A program made the position numbers and the translations under genes. The notes under the pieces were generated by a model, which saw only the letters and a list, made by a program, of their open reading frames with translations, had not been told where the DNA came from and did no database searches. DNA of 29,031 nt from Candidatus Helarchaeota archaeon (lineage in GTDB: Archaea > Asgardarchaeota > Lokiarchaeia > Helarchaeales > RDOG01), in the NCBI GenBank assembly GCA_029838215.1, contig JALGVI010000061.1, positions 1 through 29,031 on the forward strand, in the 5' to 3' direction. This document shows, piece after piece, positions 25,509 through 29,031 of the stretch; position 1 is the first letter of the stretch, and each line of letters starts with the position of its first letter.

Positions 25509-27553
25509 AATTGAAGAAACCTTCGAGCATACTTCGAGATTCTTTGGTAGAGAAAAAAGCTCGAGGTGCATTTTTTACTCCAAGGAGCACCGCTGATTTT
25601 CTCGTCTCTAAAACGCTTTATTTCCACCTTCAACAAGTTGAAAGCAAGTTAGAAGATTCAGCACGCATTGAACTCTTGTTTTCAAAGCTAAGACCTGTTC
25701 AATCAAGAAGAAAACTTCTACAACATCTTGAAAATGTTAGAATCCTTGATCCTGCGGTCGGAGATGGAATATTTTTGGAAACAATGGCAGACCATTTGCT
25801 CGTTTTGCATAAACAACTTGATGAAGATGTTGATGAAGAACAAATTAGAAAGGAAATTGTTTTGAAAAATCTTTTCGGATTAGACAGACATTTTGAATCA
25901 GTCAGGGATTGTAAAAAGAGACTTGAGCGTTGGATAACAGGAGGTGAAACTAAAAAATCAGCGAAATCCTTCAAGATACCAAATATCAAAATTGGAAATT
26001 GTTTAATCGGTTTCAATCCAATGGATTTTATTCGTCATGACTTCAAACCTTCTTTAGACGTATCCGTAAATGAGAAATTCTGTGAATTTTTAAATTCAGG
26101 ATTGAATTTAGCTTCAATTCAAGTTGATCAATTGAATGATTTACAGCCCTTTCATTGGGATGGTTCATCCAAAAATGACGGTTTTCCACCCGAATTTGAC
26201 ATTGTCATTGGTAACCCACCTTTTGGAAACATCTTATCTCCTTTAGAGAAGCAGATATTGAAGAAAAATTATCAAAAAAATATGACCTCAGGAATTGCTA
26301 AAGTTTTCGTGAGGAGAATCTTGGATCTGGTGAAAACCCGAGCAACCATTGGATTGGTTTTACCGAAGAGTGCTTGTTTTTATTCTTCTTGGCACCATAT
26401 TCGCAATATTCTCCTTGACATGAAAATACACGCGCTTTCTGATGTTGGATTGGGCTTTTCAGGCGTGGACTTCGAACAAATCATGCTTTCATTTTCCACG
26501 TGCCCTGTAAACGACAATAAAGTCAAGATTTATAGAGCAAATAAGGCTCATCAATCTTCAACAAAGACATTTCATAAAATTGGCGAGATTCCTCAGAGTT
26601 TTTTTTATCATAATCAAGTTTTTTTATTTTCTTTGTTCACAGATCTTGATCGCGAGTTGATTCGACAAATCACGCGAGTGAGCGTGAAATTGAAAGATTT
26701 AATACGTGATACTTGCCGCAGTATTTACGTTCCTGATAAAGAAAAAGCAAAATTGCACTCAGGTTCACACGTTTTTATTAATAAAGTTCCCGATGTTGGT
26801 TATTTTCGACTTAAAAGAATGCAATGCGTTGATTTAAATATGGACAAGTACAAGACTCGGTTAAAACGCATTTTAGTGCCAAAAATCTTTTTAAAGGTGC
26901 TGCGAGGACGTCGATTATTGGCATATCCTGATCCACACGGCGTGCTCGTGCCCACGGAGAAGTTAGTATGCTTATTTTTGACGCATTCATCCGAGCAGCG
27001 CATTTTAGCTTATTTAACGCTTTTAAACGGGCTTATTCCATCATACTACCTGCAAAAAATGGTGTTTAGTGACACGACAGAAACGGCACGAGTGATGGAT
27101 GCCTATTACACTAGTGGAATCCCATTACTTGAGTTATCGGAAATCGAGGAGAAAATAGCAAGTAACTTGGCAGGATGGCAGTTGATTCTAAACCAATCTG
27201 ATCAAGATGCGAAACTTCAGGATCTTGGATTTTCTCAGGATGTGCTATCCTTTTTCTCCACCATTTCGCTAATATTTTCGAGTGGACTTTATTTAAAAGA
27301 ACATCTCGGAAAATTATTAACTCCATTCATTGAAGAATTGAAATGTATTCCGAAACCACCCATTCTGAGTTGGTTAAAAAAACGATGGTCCTGTCGATTG
27401 GATGATGTCTATAAACAAGATATCTTGACTCTTCCCATTACACACCTCGATGTTTTTATTAAAGACCACTCTGATTTGTTACACGAAAAAATTGCACGAA
27501 TCAAGCAGAATGCTTTAATTAAGCATTTATTTAATTATTTCTCAGTTGCTTGA
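25505..27553 (+). CDS. Amino (N6-adenine-type) DNA methyltransferase, TaqI/Eco57I-like gamma class, apparently orphan
   Basis: GAFFTP (motif X), ILDPAVGDGIFL (motif I), LFGLD, FDIVIGNPPF (motif IV), C-terminal TaqI_C-like TRD segment (YLTLLNG). GTGA overlap with the pepA stop. Confidence 0.88.
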   Translation: MKLKKPSSILRDSLVEKKARGAFFTPRSTADFLVSKTLYFHLQQVESKLEDSARIELLFSKLRPVQSRRKLLQHLENVRILDPAVGDGIFLETMADHLLVLHKQLDEDVDEEQIRKEIVLKNLFGLDRHFESVRDCKKRLERWITGGETKKSAKSFKIPNIKIGNCLIGFNPMDFIRHDFKPSLDVSVNEKFCEFLNSGLNLASIQVDQLNDLQPFHWDGSSKNDGFPPEFDIVIGNPPFGNILSPLEKQILKKNYQKNMTSGIAKVFVRRILDLVKTRATIGLVLPKSACFYSSWHHIRNILLDMKIHALSDVGLGFSGVDFEQIMLSFSTCPVNDNKVKIYRANKAHQSSTKTFHKIGEIPQSFFYHNQVFLFSLFTDLDRELIRQITRVSVKLKDLIRDTCRSIYVPDKEKAKLHSGSHVFINKVPDVGYFRLKRMQCVDLNMDKYKTRLKRILVPKIFLKVLRGRRLLAYPDPHGVLVPTEKLVCLFLTHSSEQRILAYLTLLNGLIPSYYLQKMVFSDTTETARVMDAYYTSGIPLLELSEIEEKIASNLAGWQLILNQSDQDAKLQDLGFSQDVLSFFSTISLIFSSGLYLKEHLGKLLTPFIEELKCIPKPPILSWLKKRWSCRLDDVYKQDILTLPITHLDVFIKDHSDLLHEKIARIKQNALIKHLFNYFSVA

Positions 27554-27594
27554 AATTCAAAAATTTATTTCGATAAAAAAAGATCGGGAAAATC

Positions 27595-28719
27595 ATGAAT
27601 GATACGAAAAATATGCGCAAATTGGGACTTATAATCAACCCAATCGCAGGAATGGGCGGAAAAGTTGGCTTGAAGGGGACAGACGGACTTGTGGAGAAAG
27701 CCATCGAACTCGGAGCGAAGCCAATCTCCCAGTTTCGAACCAAAAAAGTACTTGATGCCTTGCGTCCGGTAAAAAACGCCATTCATTTAATCACTTATCC
27801 CAAAGAAATGGGCGAGAATGCCGCCATCGAAGCGGGTTTCAAACCTCAGGTCATTGGCACAATAAAAGAAGGTCAGACGACAGCTGAGGACACTAAGAGA
27901 GCGGCGCGCGAAATGAAAGATCTTGACGTCAACCTGATACTTTTCGTTGGTGGCGATGGAACTGCCAGAGATCTTGTTGCGTCCATCAATTCCGATGTGC
28001 CAGTTCTGGGCATTCCAAGTGGCGTCAAAGTATATTCCAGTTGTTTTTCCATCAAACCACGGGCGGCTGCTAGAATCACAATGAAATACTTGTGGGAGGA
28101 ATTACCTCTAAGAGAAGCTGAAGTTTTAGATATTAATGAAGAAAAATACCGACAAAATAAACTGGAGATTAAACTCTTCGGTCAGCTCCTAATTCCGTTT
28201 GAACCCACGCTCCTTCAAGCCAGCAAGATCGCAAGCCCCTTCACCATCACGGAACATGATAACCAAATCACCATTGCTCGTCATGTCATTGAAAACTTCG
28301 AAGAAGATGTAACTTACATCTTGGGTCCTGGCACGACGGTCATGGCAATTACCGAGATGCTGGGTGAGGAAAAAACCCTATTGGGCGTGGATATCCTGAG
28401 AAATAATAAGGTCATCGCAAAAGATGTTGGTGAAGAGGAGATATTAAAATTCATTCAAGAATCTAAAAAATCTAAAATCATCATTTCTCCTTTGGGGCAA
28501 CAAGGAATGTTACTAGGGAGAGGAAACCAACAAATCAGTCCAAGGGTTATTAGAAATGTGGGAAAATCTAATTTGATCGTGCTTGCCACGCGTTATAAGC
28601 TGCGAACAATTCAACGTTTTCGTGTCGATACCCAAGATTCTAGTTTGGATGAACAATTACGTGGATATGTTAGAGTGATTTGTGATTATAACGAGATCCA
28701 AATGAAAAAAATCGAATAA
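27595..28719 (+). CDS. ATP-NAD kinase-like protein (COG3199 type)
   Basis: LGLIINPIAGMGGKVGLKGTDG, GGDGTARD, GIPSGVKVYS..F, GPGTT, GRGNQQIS. Confidence 0.85.
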   Translation: MNDTKNMRKLGLIINPIAGMGGKVGLKGTDGLVEKAIELGAKPISQFRTKKVLDALRPVKNAIHLITYPKEMGENAAIEAGFKPQVIGTIKEGQTTAEDTKRAAREMKDLDVNLILFVGGDGTARDLVASINSDVPVLGIPSGVKVYSSCFSIKPRAAARITMKYLWEELPLREAEVLDINEEKYRQNKLEIKLFGQLLIPFEPTLLQASKIASPFTITEHDNQITIARHVIENFEEDVTYILGPGTTVMAITEMLGEEKTLLGVDILRNNKVIAKDVGEEEILKFIQESKKSKIIISPLGQQGMLLGRGNQQISPRVIRNVGKSNLIVLATRYKLRTIQRFRVDTQDSSLDEQLRGYVRVICDYNEIQMKKIE

Positions 28720-28796
28720 CGGAGATCAAAAAGGTTTTAAATTGAAGCAGATTTATTATCCTTAATTAATAAAAAGACACGTAAAGGAGATTGAAA

Positions 28797-29031
28797 ATGG
28801 CAGAGCAAGAGAATGAGAACCAATTTGTAAGGGCAACATATGTCCGAAAAGCACTTAAACGAGAAGGATTACGCCTGAGTTCTGAGGCAAAAGATAAATT
28901 TTTAGAATATTTAAACCAAAAAGTCTTGGAAGGAATTCAAGAGATCAAAAATAAGTTACCAAAGTTCTCAAAAGGTCCTAGAAAAGATCAGTTAAAAAGA
29001 TCCACGATTCGTTTAGAAGATTTGAAATCAT
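28797..29031 (+). CDS. Histone-fold protein, divergent archaeal histone variant (3' end beyond the window)
   Basis: Own translation: MAEQENENQFVRATYVRKALKREGLRLSSEAKDKFLEYLNQKVLEGIQEIKNKLPKFSKGPRKDQLKRSTIRLEDLKS... Shows RxS loop 1 and the RxTIxxED motif; AAGGAGA SD at 28784-28790; no stop in the window. Confidence 0.8.
   Translation, partial: MAEQENENQFVRATYVRKALKREGLRLSSEAKDKFLEYLNQKVLEGIQEIKNKLPKFSKGPRKDQLKRSTIRLEDLKS

Noticed and set aside
25505-27553. Type IIG restriction-modification fusion or defence island
   Set aside because: No N-terminal PD-(D/E)xK region precedes the MTase motifs, and the neighbours are housekeeping genes.
567-28079. The many other 60-160 aa ORFs in the track nested in or antisense to assigned genes (e.g. 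7464-7817, 17979-18335, 19291-19686, 24659-25141)
   Set aside because: All lie within well-supported CDSs and show no independent motif or start signal; treated as shadow ORFs.
1-29031. Mobile elements or prophage
   Set aside because: No transposase, integrase, terminal inverted repeat or viral structural gene was recognised.

Overview
AT-rich archaeal window, very likely Asgard (Lokiarchaeia/Helarchaeales-like). That placement is inferred from the archaeal-type riboflavin enzymes, GPN GTPase, EndA and PAC2, plus Roadblock- and longin-like proteins and a divergent histone fold. I read about 32 CDSs and found no rRNA, tRNA, CRISPR array or mobile element. Order: a seven-gene archaeal riboflavin operon (ribB-ribC-ribH-arfA-[amidohydrolase]-arfC-arfB); tandem-Roadblock protein; FAD-linked oxidoreductase; GPN GTPase-NikR-degenerate ThiI; nadC/Mut7-C; a coiled-coil/Pro-repeat protein; DUF47-endA; a QueG/RDase-like Fe-S protein; an SCP2-like Zn-ribbon protein with a membrane partner; two CBS proteins; FadH; Lrp; trxB-hsp20-PAC2; pepA-orphan DNA methyltransferase-NAD kinase-like gene; and a histone-fold ORF running off the end that the ORF track missed. 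Best leads: (1) an HxxE-type amidohydrolase inside the rib operon, a candidate for the pyrimidine deaminase step that lacks a well-established archaeal gene. The downstream arfC has no canonical start codon for its conserved N-terminus, and a single extra base would fuse the two into a RibD-like deaminase-reductase. (2) A CBS-pair fused to a putative longin domain. (3) A Pro-repeat protein ending in a WH2/VASP-like helix. (4) A histone variant with a basic insertion. All family assignments are by eye from motifs; no database searches were run.
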